A DNA stretch of 64,000 bases from Candidatus Latescibacterota bacterium (GCA_965221775.1 CBDCSU010000006.1:1824001-1888000); one strand, 5' to 3'. Positions 28,155 to 39,011 are shown, numbered from the stretch's first letter. Made by a program: numbers and translations. The notes: generated from the sequence alone by a model not told the origin.

Positions 28155-30010
28155 GAGAAGACTTGGGCAACGGCTTCAACCACCACGGGGTGGCCACGCC
28201 GGTGAGCAACCACCGCGGAACGGCGGCCACGGTCGACGGCGCCGGCCGCAACGTGGTGCTCCTCTGGCTCTACGACCACCGCGGCTGCTACGCGCTGCTG
28301 CAGATCGACGCCGGCACCGGCGAGTCCCTCGAGGTGCCCGTGCCCTTCGATCCGGGCGGCGACTGCCCCTTCGCATCGATCCTGTCGACGCGGAACCGGT
28401 TCTACACCCACTTCAACAGTCACTTCTGCGAGTACGACCCCGCGGCCCGGGAGTTCACCTTCCACCACCGCACGGTGCCCCAGATGGCCATGGGCATGAC
28501 GGAGGACGACGACGGCCGCATCTGGCTGGCCAGCTACCCGGACTCGGGCGTCGCCTGCTTCGATCCGGGGGTGCGTGCCTTCCGCGACTACGGCCACGTG
28601 TACCACCAGAACTGGCGCCAGTACCAGCGCTCGATCGCCGCCGACGACAGCGGCTGGATCTACTTCGCCGTGGGCAACACCTCGAGCCAGATCGTGGCCC
28701 TCGAGCCGGACGGCGGCGAGGCGAGGCCGCTGCTGGCCGAGGAGGAGCGGCACCAGGGCTCGGCCCACGTCTACCGCGACGAGGACGGACGCGTGTACGG
28801 GCAGGCGAGGGCCGGCTCCGAGGGGGACTGGCTGCGGCTCTACAAGGGGGAGGCCGAGGCGATCGGACGCCACGAGAACCGCCGGCCCAAGGCGATCATC
28901 GCCGGCAGCCAGGGGCTGTTCCACCGCGACTTCCCGGACGGCGCCAGGCTGCTGGTCTGCGACACGGTTGAGAAGCGCATGGTCGTCCAGGACGCGGACG
29001 GCGGCCGCCGCGAGATGTCCTTCGACTACACCAGCGAGGGCGCCCACATCATGGGCCTGGCGGCGGCGCCGGACGGCACGATCTGCGGCGGCACCGCCTT
29101 TCCCATGCGGTTCTTCCGCTACGACCCCGCCGCCGACGAGTGGACGAACCGCGAAGCCTTCGGCCAGTGGAACACGGTGCGCGCCACCGGCGACCGCTTC
29201 TTCGTCGGCGGCTACGGGGGCGGCTTCCTGCTGGAGTGGGACCCGGCGCGCGACTGGGTGGCCACCGAGAAGGGCGACGAGAGCGGCAACCCGCGCTGGT
29301 GGACGCAGTGCTCGCCGGCGATCAACCGCCCCCACTGCCTGCTGGCCACGGCCGATGACCGGTGGGTCGTCCTCGGCGGCACCCCGGGCTACGGGTACAC
29401 CGGCGGCGGCCTGCTGATCTGGGACCGCGCCGCCAAGGAGGGCCGGCTCCTGGAGCACACGGAGCTGGTGCCGGAGCAGGCGCCCCACAGCCTGGCGGAG
29501 CTGCCCGGTGGACAGGTGCTGGTGGGCATGACCGTGGCGCCCGGCACCGGCGGGGAGCAGAAGGCACAGCGGGCGGAGATGGTCATCGTCGACCTCGAGG
29601 AGGGAGCCGTGACCTGGCGAGGGGTGGTCCTGGAGAAGGCCGCGTCGTACACCGACCTGTCCGCGGGACCGGACGGCCTGGTCCTCGGCTTCGCGGACTC
29701 GGCGCGGCTCTTCGCCTTCGACCCGGCGTCGCGGCAGGTGGTGCAGGAGCTGGACGTGGAGGCGCAGCTGGGGCGAACCTGCGGCCAGCAGGGGCCGCGG
29801 GTCTTCGTGACCGGCCCGGCCGGTGAGCGCTTCGTGCTGCTGCGGCGGGGCGTGGCCGAGATCGTCGACGAGGGCGCGGGAGCGGACCGCTTCGGCATCC
29901 GCCTGCGGGCGGAGTCGCCCGTGCCCATCGGTCCGGGAGGCGATCACCTCGACGGCCGCGTCTACTTCGGCAGCGGCTCCCACGTCTACTCCTGGGGGGT
30001 GAGCGGGTGA
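28151..30010 (+). CDS. Hypothetical protein, probable multi-bladed beta-propeller
   Basis: 619 aa with recurring blade-like units (YDPA, FDPG, DDDGRIW, DDSGWIY, DEDGRVY, APDGTI, GPDGLV); ATGA/GTGA overlaps at both ends; GC3-rich codon usage. Confidence 0.7.
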   Translation: MREDLGNGFNHHGVATPVSNHRGTAATVDGAGRNVVLLWLYDHRGCYALLQIDAGTGESLEVPVPFDPGGDCPFASILSTRNRFYTHFNSHFCEYDPAAREFTFHHRTVPQMAMGMTEDDDGRIWLASYPDSGVACFDPGVRAFRDYGHVYHQNWRQYQRSIAADDSGWIYFAVGNTSSQIVALEPDGGEARPLLAEEERHQGSAHVYRDEDGRVYGQARAGSEGDWLRLYKGEAEAIGRHENRRPKAIIAGSQGLFHRDFPDGARLLVCDTVEKRMVVQDADGGRREMSFDYTSEGAHIMGLAAAPDGTICGGTAFPMRFFRYDPAADEWTNREAFGQWNTVRATGDRFFVGGYGGGFLLEWDPARDWVATEKGDESGNPRWWTQCSPAINRPHCLLATADDRWVVLGGTPGYGYTGGGLLIWDRAAKEGRLLEHTELVPEQAPHSLAELPGGQVLVGMTVAPGTGGEQKAQRAEMVIVDLEEGAVTWRGVVLEKAASYTDLSAGPDGLVLGFADSARLFAFDPASRQVVQELDVEAQLGRTCGQQGPRVFVTGPAGERFVLLRRGVAEIVDEGAGADRFGIRLRAESPVPIGPGGDHLDGRVYFGSGSHVYSWGVSG

Positions 30011-30834
30011 GGGCCCCCGTCATCGACGGCGCCGAGCACGCCTGGGTCCTGAACAACGAACGTTTCCCCATCGACCCGGCCGTCTCCAGCTGCCCGCGGG
30101 CCATGCCCGATCACGAGCAGTCGGGGGAGGACCTGATCGCCCTGATGCAGCAGCACGGCGTCGACCGCACCGTGATCAGCCACGTCTGCTACTACGGCCG
30201 CAACAACGACTACGCCGTGCACTGCGTGAAGCGGTGGCCGGAGCGCTTCGCGGCGATCGGCCTGCTCGTCGGCGCGCGGCTCTTTCCGCCCCACGACGCC
30301 GAGCGCAACGCCGACCGCCTGGAGCAACTCGTCGTCGAGGGCGGGCTCTCCGGGCTGCGGCTGAGCCCGATCTACGACCGCGACGTGACCTGGCTGAACG
30401 ACCCCGTCTGCGATCCCCTGTGGCGCAAGGCCGCCGACCTCGGCGCCACCTTCAACATCTTCCTGGGCCCGGAGCAGGTCGGCCAGGTGGGCGACATGGC
30501 GGGCCGGCACCCCGGCGTCGACGTCGTCATCGACCACTTCGCCATGATCGACATCGACCATCCCGACGAGGAGGGCATCGGCCCCCTGCTGGACCTGCAC
30601 CGGCTGCCCAACGTCTACATCCGCACCTCCCTCCACAATCCATCCCGCCAGAAGTTGCCCTTCCGGGACATGTGGCCGTACCTCCGGCGTGTTTACGACG
30701 CCTTCGGCCCCGAGCGGATGCTGTGGGCCAACTACTACGAGTACCTGATCATGGCGGAGATGATCGACTTCTTCACCGCCGCCGACCGCGAGCACATCCT
30801 CGGCGGCACGGCGCAGAGGCTCTACTTCCGATGA
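30007..30834 (+). CDS. Amidohydrolase-2 family protein with atypical metal-site residues
   Basis: MQQHGVDRTV, GLRLSP, VIDHFA, LPNVY, DAFGPERMLWA, ILGGTAQRLY. Confidence 0.78.
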   Translation: MRAPVIDGAEHAWVLNNERFPIDPAVSSCPRAMPDHEQSGEDLIALMQQHGVDRTVISHVCYYGRNNDYAVHCVKRWPERFAAIGLLVGARLFPPHDAERNADRLEQLVVEGGLSGLRLSPIYDRDVTWLNDPVCDPLWRKAADLGATFNIFLGPEQVGQVGDMAGRHPGVDVVIDHFAMIDIDHPDEEGIGPLLDLHRLPNVYIRTSLHNPSRQKLPFRDMWPYLRRVYDAFGPERMLWANYYEYLIMAEMIDFFTAADREHILGGTAQRLYFR

Positions 30835-31205
30835 GGGGGCGGGACCGGAACTCCGAGCTGGTCTATTCCACGGGAACCGGCGACGTCCGTGGGGAGACCC
30901 CCCGGCGCCGGAAGGACACGCGGCGCGGCGGCACGGGGAGGCCAGCCGCGCAGGCTGCGCCGGCGGACGGCATCGTCCGCGTCGGCCGCGAGACCAGGGG
31001 GCGCAAGGGCAAGGGGGTGACGGTCCTGACCGGCCTGCCGGTCAGCGGCCGGGAGCTGGAGGCGCTGGCCCGGGAGCTGAAGGCCCTGTGCGGCGCCGGC
31101 GGCACGGTGCGGTGCGGGGTCGTGGAGATCCAGGGGGATCACCGGGACCGCCTCGTGCGGGCCCTGGAGGAGAGGGGATGGCGGGCGAAACGGAGCGGAG
31201 GATGA
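30831..31205 (+). CDS. yciH: SUI1/eIF1-like translation initiation factor (YciH)
   Basis: LVYST, DGIVRVGRETRGRKGKGVT, LKALCGAGGTV..GVVEIQGDHRD, KRSGG. Confidence 0.92.
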   Translation: MRGRDRNSELVYSTGTGDVRGETPRRRKDTRRGGTGRPAAQAAPADGIVRVGRETRGRKGKGVTVLTGLPVSGRELEALARELKALCGAGGTVRCGVVEIQGDHRDRLVRALEERGWRAKRSGG

Positions 31206-32686
31206 GGGTGCGTCGGAAGGTCCTGATCGGGTACTTCTTCCAGGAGACGTCCCACTTCAACCCCGGCCTCACCACGCGAGACCGCTTCGACATCTCCCGC
31301 GGCGAGGAGCTGATCGAGCGCTACGCGGGGACCAACACCTACGTCGCCGGCGGTCTCGACGTCTTCAAGGAGGAAGGCGTCGACGTGGTCCCGACGTACG
31401 GCGCCTCCTCCGTGACCTCGGGCGGTCCCGTGCCGGCCCCCGATCTGGACGGCATGACCGACGAGATGCTGGAGGCGGTCGCCGCGGCCAGGGATGCGGA
31501 CGGGGCCTACATCGCCTTTCACGGAGCCATGGCCGGCACCGAGGAGCACGACCCGGAGGGCCGCATCCTGGAGCAGCTGCGGAGCATGATGGGAGACAAG
31601 CCGATCGTCGCCTCGTACGACCTTCACGCCATTCTGACGGACCGCCTCGTGCGCTCGGCCGATGTCACCGTGGCCCTGCATACCTATCCGCACACCGACA
31701 TGCGGCTCACCGGGCAGCGCGCGGCGGCAGCTCTGGTGCGGCTCCTTCAGGGGGGCGCGCGGCCGACAGCGGCCCAGGTCAAGCTCCCCATGCTCGTCCG
31801 CGGCGACGAGCTGATCACGGAGACCGGGCTCTTCGGCCAGGCCATCGACCGCTGCAAGGCCTTCGAGTCGGACGAGAAGGGGCTGTCGGCGCTGGTGAAC
31901 ATCGGCAACCCCTTCACCGACGTGCCTGAGCTGCGTACGAACACCCTGGTCACCAGCGACGGCGAGCCGCAGATGGCGCGCGACCTGGCCGAGGAGCTGG
32001 CCCGCTTCATGTGGGAGCACCGCGGGAGCATGCAGGCGGAGCTGATTTCCGTGGAGGAGGCCGTGGCCCTGGCCGCGCGGGAGCCCGGGCTGACCGTGTT
32101 CTCCGACGCCGCGGATGCCACCTCCAGCGGCGCCTCGGGCGACAGCAACTGGATCCTGAGGGGCCTCATCGAGGCCGGGTACGGCAAGCGGGCCCTGCTG
32201 CCCCTGGTGGATGCGCCGGCCGTGGAGGTCGCCTTTGCGCGGGGGGTCGGCAGCCGGTTCACCGTGCCCCTCGGGGGAACGGTCGACCGGGAACGGCACC
32301 AGCCCGTGGAGTGCGAGGTCTACGTCCAGAGCCTCCACGACGGCCACTTCCGCACCGAATCGGGGGAGACCTCGCGGGCGGGCAGGACGGCGGTCCTGGT
32401 GAGCGGCGGCACGGTGATCATGACGACGGAGTTTCCCGTCTCGATCATGGGGCGACGGGTCTTCGAGGCGAGAGGGCTGAACCCGGTTGATTTCGACCTT
32501 GTGGTCTGCAAGAGCCCCAACGGGTTCCGCACCCACTACGAGGCGATCGCCGAGCGCATCGTGCCCGTGGACTGCCCCGGGTCGACGAGCGCCAACCTGA
32601 GGTCCCTGCCCTACCGCAACGTGACCCGGCCGATCTATCCCCTGGACGAGGACGCGGAGGCGAAGATCACCGCCGCTCCCGGGTAG
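31202..32686 (+). CDS. M81 family metallopeptidase (MlrC-like)
   Basis: QETSHFNP, FHGAM, DPEG, DLHA, TYPHTD, FTDVPE, DAADA.SSG; ATG 31178 is an alternative start. Confidence 0.88.
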   Translation: MRVRRKVLIGYFFQETSHFNPGLTTRDRFDISRGEELIERYAGTNTYVAGGLDVFKEEGVDVVPTYGASSVTSGGPVPAPDLDGMTDEMLEAVAAARDADGAYIAFHGAMAGTEEHDPEGRILEQLRSMMGDKPIVASYDLHAILTDRLVRSADVTVALHTYPHTDMRLTGQRAAAALVRLLQGGARPTAAQVKLPMLVRGDELITETGLFGQAIDRCKAFESDEKGLSALVNIGNPFTDVPELRTNTLVTSDGEPQMARDLAEELARFMWEHRGSMQAELISVEEAVALAAREPGLTVFSDAADATSSGASGDSNWILRGLIEAGYGKRALLPLVDAPAVEVAFARGVGSRFTVPLGGTVDRERHQPVECEVYVQSLHDGHFRTESGETSRAGRTAVLVSGGTVIMTTEFPVSIMGRRVFEARGLNPVDFDLVVCKSPNGFRTHYEAIAERIVPVDCPGSTSANLRSLPYRNVTRPIYPLDEDAEAKITAAPG

Positions 32687-32697
32687 GCCGGGTCTCC

Positions 32698-33723
32698 CTA
32701 TATCTGGTTGCCGTAGACGGCGTCCACCAGCTCCATCGTCTGCAGGGCGTCCTCGAAGTTCGTCTCCGGCGCAACCCCGCGGCGCACGCACTCCAGGAAG
32801 TGGGCGTTGGTGTCCCAGGCGCCGTGGGCGCGGTGGGGCTCCTCGCTGCCGGTCAGCTCCACCGGGTCGAGCCGCTCGACCGGGTCGGACCGGTCGTCGG
32901 CGAAGAGCCGGCCGCCCTCCTCGGGGTCCCCGTAGAAGCTGACGCCGGCGGAGTGGATCTCCACCGAGAAGCTGCGCCGCCCGGCCATGAAGTTGTTCAG
33001 CAGCAGGCCGGTGGCGCCGCTGGAGAACCGCACCAGGGCCAGGTGGATGTTCCAGTGGCCGGCGTCGAGACGGCGGTTGTCGGAGGCCACGCTGACCACC
33101 ACTCCCCCGCACAAGTAGCGCAGGGTGTCGACGGCGTGGATGCCGTCGCAGGTGAGCATGTCCATGGCGCCCCTGTAGTAGGGGGCGCCGCCGACCTGGT
33201 TCTTGTAGAACGAAGCATGGGCCGTGTGCACGGGTCCGCGCTGCTCGCAGCGCTCCTTGCCCTGGCGGATCACGGGCGAGAACCGGCGCTGGAAGGTGAC
33301 GCCGGTGAGCACCTTGCGCCGTCGGGCGATCGCGGCCAGTTGGCGCACCTGCTCGGTGGTTACGGCGGGGGGCTTCTCGACGAAGAGGTGGCACCCCATC
33401 TCCATCACCTCGGCGGCCACATCGTAGAGGTGGTGCGGCGGCATGATGGCGTACACGGCGTCGGGCCGCTCGGCGCCGATCATCTCCTGGTGGCTCTGGT
33501 ACCGTCCGGGGATGCCGAAGCGGCTGCAGACCTGCTCCAGCCGGGCCTCGTCGAGGTCGCAGGCGGCCACGAGATCGCAGCCGGGCAGTTCGGCCAGGCA
33601 TGGGTAGTGGGCGCTGGCGGCGCGGCCTCCGGCGCCGATGACGGCGACCCGGACCGGGCGCCGCCGGCTGGGTCGCTTCGGGGCCGCCGGGCGGGCCGGA
33701 GCCCTTCTCTTGGTCCTGGCCAA
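32698..33723 (-). CDS. Gfo/Idh/MocA family oxidoreductase
   Basis: VAVIGAGG, VEKPP, FQRRF, GIHAVD. Confidence 0.88.
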   Translation of the reverse strand: MARTKRRAPARPAAPKRPSRRRPVRVAVIGAGGRAASAHYPCLAELPGCDLVAACDLDEARLEQVCSRFGIPGRYQSHQEMIGAERPDAVYAIMPPHHLYDVAAEVMEMGCHLFVEKPPAVTTEQVRQLAAIARRRKVLTGVTFQRRFSPVIRQGKERCEQRGPVHTAHASFYKNQVGGAPYYRGAMDMLTCDGIHAVDTLRYLCGGVVVSVASDNRRLDAGHWNIHLALVRFSSGATGLLLNNFMAGRRSFSVEIHSAGVSFYGDPEEGGRLFADDRSDPVERLDPVELTGSEEPHRAHGAWDTNAHFLECVRRGVAPETNFEDALQTMELVDAVYGNQI

Positions 33724-33727
33724 GCTG

Positions 33728-34831
33728 TCAGCCGCGCTCGCGGAAGGTGCCGGCCTGGCGCAGGGCCACGACGCCGTTGTCGAGCCGGCTCAGTGGGAAG
33801 GTGACGGGCCGGCTCCCGGTGAGCTGCGACTGGTACACGGCGGTTACCAGTTCCATGGAGCGACGGCCCACTCGGCCGTCGGAGCGCAGGGTCCCCTCTC
33901 CCTCGAGGGCGGCCAGCAGCTCCAGGAGGGCGCCGACGTATGTGCTGGCCGGAGCCGGCCGCTCGACCTCGGCGGCCTCGAGGTCGCTCCACTGGAACCC
34001 GGAGTCGGGCTCGTACATGCCCTGCTGCGACTGCTGAAGATGGACCTGCTCCCCCACCATGCGGATCAAGCCGGTGGAGCCCCGCAGCTCAAATCCGTGG
34101 TCAGAATACGTGGTCAACTCAGCGCCGCGGATCGTGCCGGTCACGCCGCTGTCGAACTTGAGGAAGGCGGCGGCGTAGTCCTCCACCGCCCAGGGCCGGG
34201 TCCGCTGCTCGGCGGTGCCGCAGAGCCAGGCCACCGGCCCCCCGTAGAGGTCCATGAGGTCGAAGTAGTGGGTGTAGTCGTGGAGCAGGGGCCCCTCGTT
34301 CTCGGAGCGCCAGGAGGGTTGCGGCTTGCAGCCGTCCATGAAGCAGTCGATGTGGATCAGGTCGCCGATGGCGCCGTCGGCGAGCAGCCGGGCCGCCAGC
34401 TCCCACTCGGGATGCCAGCGCCGGTTGTGGTTGACCTGAAGGAGGACGGACTCGGCCTCGCAGGCGGCGATCATCCGGTCGCACTCCTCCAGGGAGAGGG
34501 CCATCGGCTTCTCGCAGATGATGGCGCGTACCGAGGGCGCCGCGGCGCACTCGAGGACCATCTCGCAGTGCAGCTCGGGGTGGGTGGCGACGATGACGAT
34601 CTCCGGCGACGCCTGCTCCAGCATCTGCCGGTAGTCGCGGAAGAGGGCGTCGATGCCGAAGCGCTGCCCGAAGGCCTCGAGCTTGTCCAGGCCGCGGTTG
34701 ACGCCGGCCACCAGGCGCACTCCCTCGCAGGCGGCCACGGCCTCCGCGTGATTGTCGGGCAGGTCTCCGAAGGAGAACTGGTAGCCGACGCGGCCGGTGC
34801 CGATGATGGCGACGCCGAGGGGGGCGGCCAT
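33728..34831 (-). CDS. Gfo/Idh/MocA family oxidoreductase
   Basis: VAIIGTGRVG, CEKPMA, NHNRRW, THYFD. Confidence 0.88.
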   Translation of the reverse strand: MAAPLGVAIIGTGRVGYQFSFGDLPDNHAEAVAACEGVRLVAGVNRGLDKLEAFGQRFGIDALFRDYRQMLEQASPEIVIVATHPELHCEMVLECAAAPSVRAIICEKPMALSLEECDRMIAACEAESVLLQVNHNRRWHPEWELAARLLADGAIGDLIHIDCFMDGCKPQPSWRSENEGPLLHDYTHYFDLMDLYGGPVAWLCGTAEQRTRPWAVEDYAAAFLKFDSGVTGTIRGAELTTYSDHGFELRGSTGLIRMVGEQVHLQQSQQGMYEPDSGFQWSDLEAAEVERPAPASTYVGALLELLAALEGEGTLRSDGRVGRRSMELVTAVYQSQLTGSRPVTFPLSRLDNGVVALRQAGTFRERG

Positions 34832-34934
34832 CAGGCAGGCTCCGACGGGTGGCGCGGGTGTCGGGAAGAGTGTCTCCGATCGATTCCCATGGTGGCGCGT
34901 AAGCTAACCGACGCCGCCCAAGGACAGCAACCGG

Positions 34935-36458
34935 TCAGCGGCCGGTCCCCGCGGCCAGCAGAGCGGCGTTCGTCCAGACCGTCGGCTCCAGGCCGGGGAT
35001 GTCCTCGTCGAGTGGGAAGTAGGGGCGGGGCATGCGCCGCAGAGGATGGTTGCGGATGGTAGCCGGCGTCGGTCCCGGGGTGTCGAGGACGTGGAAGGCG
35101 GCGGCCACCTCGTCGTAGACGTTGTGGAAGTTCATCGGATTCTTGGCGACGACGAACTTCGTCCGCCGGGGGTCGATGCCGACGGCCCGCCACTGCTCGT
35201 CGGCCCAGTCGTAGGTGGCGTGGCTGGTGATCAGCACCCGCACCGCTTCGATGGCGAGCACCGCCGTCGGCCCCATGTCACCGTCCACCCCGTCCCAGAT
35301 GCCTCCGGTGTACCGGAAGCGGCCGTCGTGCACGCTCTCGACCTGCCCGTGGACCTGCAGCGGCCGGCCCCAGGCCGGGTCGAGTCTGTGGCCGAGGGAG
35401 GTGGAAACCTCCGCTTCGGCGCCGGCTCGGTGACATGCTGCGGCCGCCCCCGGATCGACCACCGGCACGAGGGCCGGCGGCGGGTCGTCCAGGGCCAGCA
35501 GGGCGGCCAGGGCGGCGACGCTGTCACCCGACGCGCCCCCGCCGGCGCAGTCGGCGGCCTCGATGAGAACGACCGGCTGGCCGCTGGTCTCCAGGCCGGC
35601 GCGGATCGCCGCTTCCGGCTCCAGGGCCGCGGCCTCGAGCTCGTGGCGCCGGCTCCAGTAGTCCCGCGATGTGTCGAGGGCCAGCCGCCGGGCGCGGTCC
35701 ATGTCGCCATCGACGACGAAGAGGCCGCCACCGCCGAGATCCGGCTGGTCGAGGAAGGGATGGACCAGGAACAGGCTGGCCGACAGCACGCCCGCCTCCA
35801 CCTCCCGGCGGCGCAGGTCCCGCATCATGCGGGCGAAGGCTCCGCCGCCGTCGGTGGAGCCGTTGATGCCGCCGACGATGACGGGCACCTTGGCCAGGGC
35901 CATGGCCGGGCGGCAGCGCCCCGCGGCGGCTTCGAGGAGAAGGCGGGCGCCGCGCTCTCCGGTGGAGGCGGCGTCGCGGTGCGGATAGGTCGCCCAGGCC
36001 ACCAGGCCGTGGGCGTTCTCGACCATGGCGCGGGTCACGTGGGCATGGAGGTCGAGGGTGGCCACCACGGGGACGGCCGGGCCCACGAGGGCGCGGACCC
36101 CCGAGATCAGGTCTCCCTCGACATCATCGACGCCTTCGGCGACGGCGCTTCCGTGAAGGGCGAGGAGCACCCCGTCGACGGGCAGGGCCCGGGAGAGGCG
36201 GTCGAGCAGCTCGGCGCGCAGATACTGGTAGCAATCGGCGGTGATGCAGCCGCCGGGGCAGGTGCTGGCCGAGATCAGGGGAGCGATGTCGGCGCCGGCG
36301 CCGCGCAGGGCCTGCAGGGCTCCCCCGACGACGCCGGCCTCCAGGCCGAGGACCTCGTCGCCCCGGCACAGCTCGTAGCGGGCGAACCAGTCGAGGTCGA
36401 TCGGCGAGCCCCCGAACTGGTTGCACTCGGTCAGCACCGAGCCCAAGGCGATCTTCAC
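34935..36458 (-). CDS. M81 family metallopeptidase (MlrC-like)
   Basis: TECNQF, LHGSA, DVEG, LDLHAH, TYPHRD, HPFLD, ADCAGGG, MPRPYFPLD. Confidence 0.88.
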   Translation of the reverse strand: MKIALGSVLTECNQFGGSPIDLDWFARYELCRGDEVLGLEAGVVGGALQALRGAGADIAPLISASTCPGGCITADCYQYLRAELLDRLSRALPVDGVLLALHGSAVAEGVDDVEGDLISGVRALVGPAVPVVATLDLHAHVTRAMVENAHGLVAWATYPHRDAASTGERGARLLLEAAAGRCRPAMALAKVPVIVGGINGSTDGGGAFARMMRDLRRREVEAGVLSASLFLVHPFLDQPDLGGGGLFVVDGDMDRARRLALDTSRDYWSRRHELEAAALEPEAAIRAGLETSGQPVVLIEAADCAGGGASGDSVAALAALLALDDPPPALVPVVDPGAAAACHRAGAEAEVSTSLGHRLDPAWGRPLQVHGQVESVHDGRFRYTGGIWDGVDGDMGPTAVLAIEAVRVLITSHATYDWADEQWRAVGIDPRRTKFVVAKNPMNFHNVYDEVAAAFHVLDTPGPTPATIRNHPLRRMPRPYFPLDEDIPGLEPTVWTNAALLAAGTGR

Positions 36459-37441
36459 GGGTCCCGCAACCCTTCGAGAATCCCCTTGCTGTGGCCGACG
36501 CAGAAGGCGATGTAGGCCTTGCCGGACTCGTCTCCGACCAGGCGCATGATGTGGTCGTAATCGATGGCGCGGTCGTAGCCGACATCGCGCAGGGCCCGGG
36601 CAACCTCGAACATGGACAGATCGCCTTCGTCCGGGGCGCGCTCCTCGTACCAGCCGTCCACGGGGATGCGGCCGTGGACGTTGCGGAAGTGGACGTGGAA
36701 GATCCTGCCGCGGTCACCGAAGCGGCGGATGCCCTCGAAGACGTCCTGTCCCGACTCGTAGCGGGTCCCGACGCAGAAGGTCATGCCCATGTTCGGCGAG
36801 TCGATCTCCCGGAAGAGGCGGTCGAAGCAGTCGAAGTCGTAGAGGATCTGGGGCACGCCGTAGAGGGCGGGCACGGGGGGATCGTTGCCGTGCATGGCGA
36901 CGAGCACGCCGCCGCTCTCGGCGATCGGCACGACCCGCTCGAAGATGCGGATCGTGCGCTCCCAGAGCTGGTCCGCCGTGGGGGCGCCCTCCGGCGGGGG
37001 GCGGTCCCGCAGGGCTTCGGACAGATCGGAGCGCAGGTACTGGTAACCGCCCCGTCCCTCGACCCAGCTGTAGCCAGGCTCGGGAAAGTGGCCGAAGCTG
37101 CTGCCCTGGAAGCACTGCACCCCGAGGACGGGAAGGCCGAAGTCGCAGCAGACCCGGGTGTTGTGGGCCAGGTTGTCCAGCTCCTCCTCGGCGCCGGGCA
37201 GGCCGAGGAAGGTCTTGTGGGTCATGTCGCCGGTGCTGTTGATGCGCTCGATGCGCAGGTCGGCCGCGGCGAGGAGCTCCACGGCCCGCTCGACCCCTTC
37301 GCGGCCGAGGCGGCCCGTCTCGTCGTACCCCGGGATCAGGGACATGGTGATGTCGACGACATCGACGCCGATCTGCTTGAGGAAGCGCAGGTCGTCGGGG
37401 CGTTCGAGCCAGTCGGGGGAGATGCGGGTGCCGATCAGCAT
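36455..37441 (-). CDS. Mannonate dehydratase-like protein (UxuA family TIM barrel)
   Basis: LKQIGV, GRGG, LWER...VVPIAE..GV.VAMHGNDPP, SPNMGMTFCVGT, IFHVHFRNV, DYDH. Confidence 0.78.
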   Translation of the reverse strand: MLIGTRISPDWLERPDDLRFLKQIGVDVVDITMSLIPGYDETGRLGREGVERAVELLAAADLRIERINSTGDMTHKTFLGLPGAEEELDNLAHNTRVCCDFGLPVLGVQCFQGSSFGHFPEPGYSWVEGRGGYQYLRSDLSEALRDRPPPEGAPTADQLWERTIRIFERVVPIAESGGVLVAMHGNDPPVPALYGVPQILYDFDCFDRLFREIDSPNMGMTFCVGTRYESGQDVFEGIRRFGDRGRIFHVHFRNVHGRIPVDGWYEERAPDEGDLSMFEVARALRDVGYDRAIDYDHIMRLVGDESGKAYIAFCVGHSKGILEGLRDP

Positions 37442-37462
37442 GGAGGGTGTTTCCCTGGGTGA

Positions 37463-38485
<1,023 letters not shown>

Positions 38486-38510
38486 CCGCTTCTTCGGCCG
38501 GGCCAGAACG

Positions 38511-38543
38511 AGAAAACGGGGCCGGTGGAGACCACCGACCCCG
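38511..38543 (-). terminator. Intrinsic terminator of the cold-shock gene
   Basis: Minus strand cggggtcggtgg-tct-ccaccggccccg followed by ttttct, downstream of the csp stop. Confidence 0.7.
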
Positions 38544-38575
38544 CTTCGCTCGGACTTCGCCGGGCGACGTGCCTC

Positions 38576-38791
38576 CTAGGCAGAGGCGGCCGTCACCCGC
38601 TCAGCGGCCGGGCCTTTCTGACCCTGCACCACGTCGAACTCCACCTGCTGACCTTCGGCCAGCGTCCGGAACCCATCCATCTGGATCGCGGAGTGGTGGA
38701 CGAAGACGTCGGTGCCGTTCGCCCGCTGAATGAAGCCGTAGCCCTTGGCGTCGTTGAACCACTTTACGGTTCCGACTTCGCGCTCGGCCAC
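38576..38791 (-). CDS. Cold-shock protein (CspA family)
   Basis: [15 protein letters not shown] (RNP1), DVFVHHSAI (RNP2), GQKGPAA. Confidence 0.95.
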   Translation of the reverse strand: MAEREVGTVKWFNDAKGYGFIQRANGTDVFVHHSAIQMDGFRTLAEGQQVEFDVVQGQKGPAAERVTAASA

Positions 38792-38966
38792 TTACCAGCT
38801 CCTTCGCAAGAAGGGTGAAACAAAGCGTTGGACAGAGCGCGCAACGGACTCAAGCTGATGGAACTTCAGTTACCGCAATCTGCTGCTGCCAACTCGACAA
38901 AGCCGCCCGGTTTCCTCGCCACCGCCTTCGAGGGGAGAAGCTCGGGCCCGTGACGGCTTGAGCACG

Positions 38967-38994
38967 AATGTAAGGAATTCCCCCGGATTGGCAA
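38967..38994 (-). promoter_or_regulatory. Candidate sigma70 promoter for the csp gene
   Basis: Minus strand TTGCCA-16 nt-TACATT, about 170 nt upstream of the csp start. Confidence 0.5.
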
Positions 38995-39011
38995 TCGCCC
39001 GCCCCCGCCTC

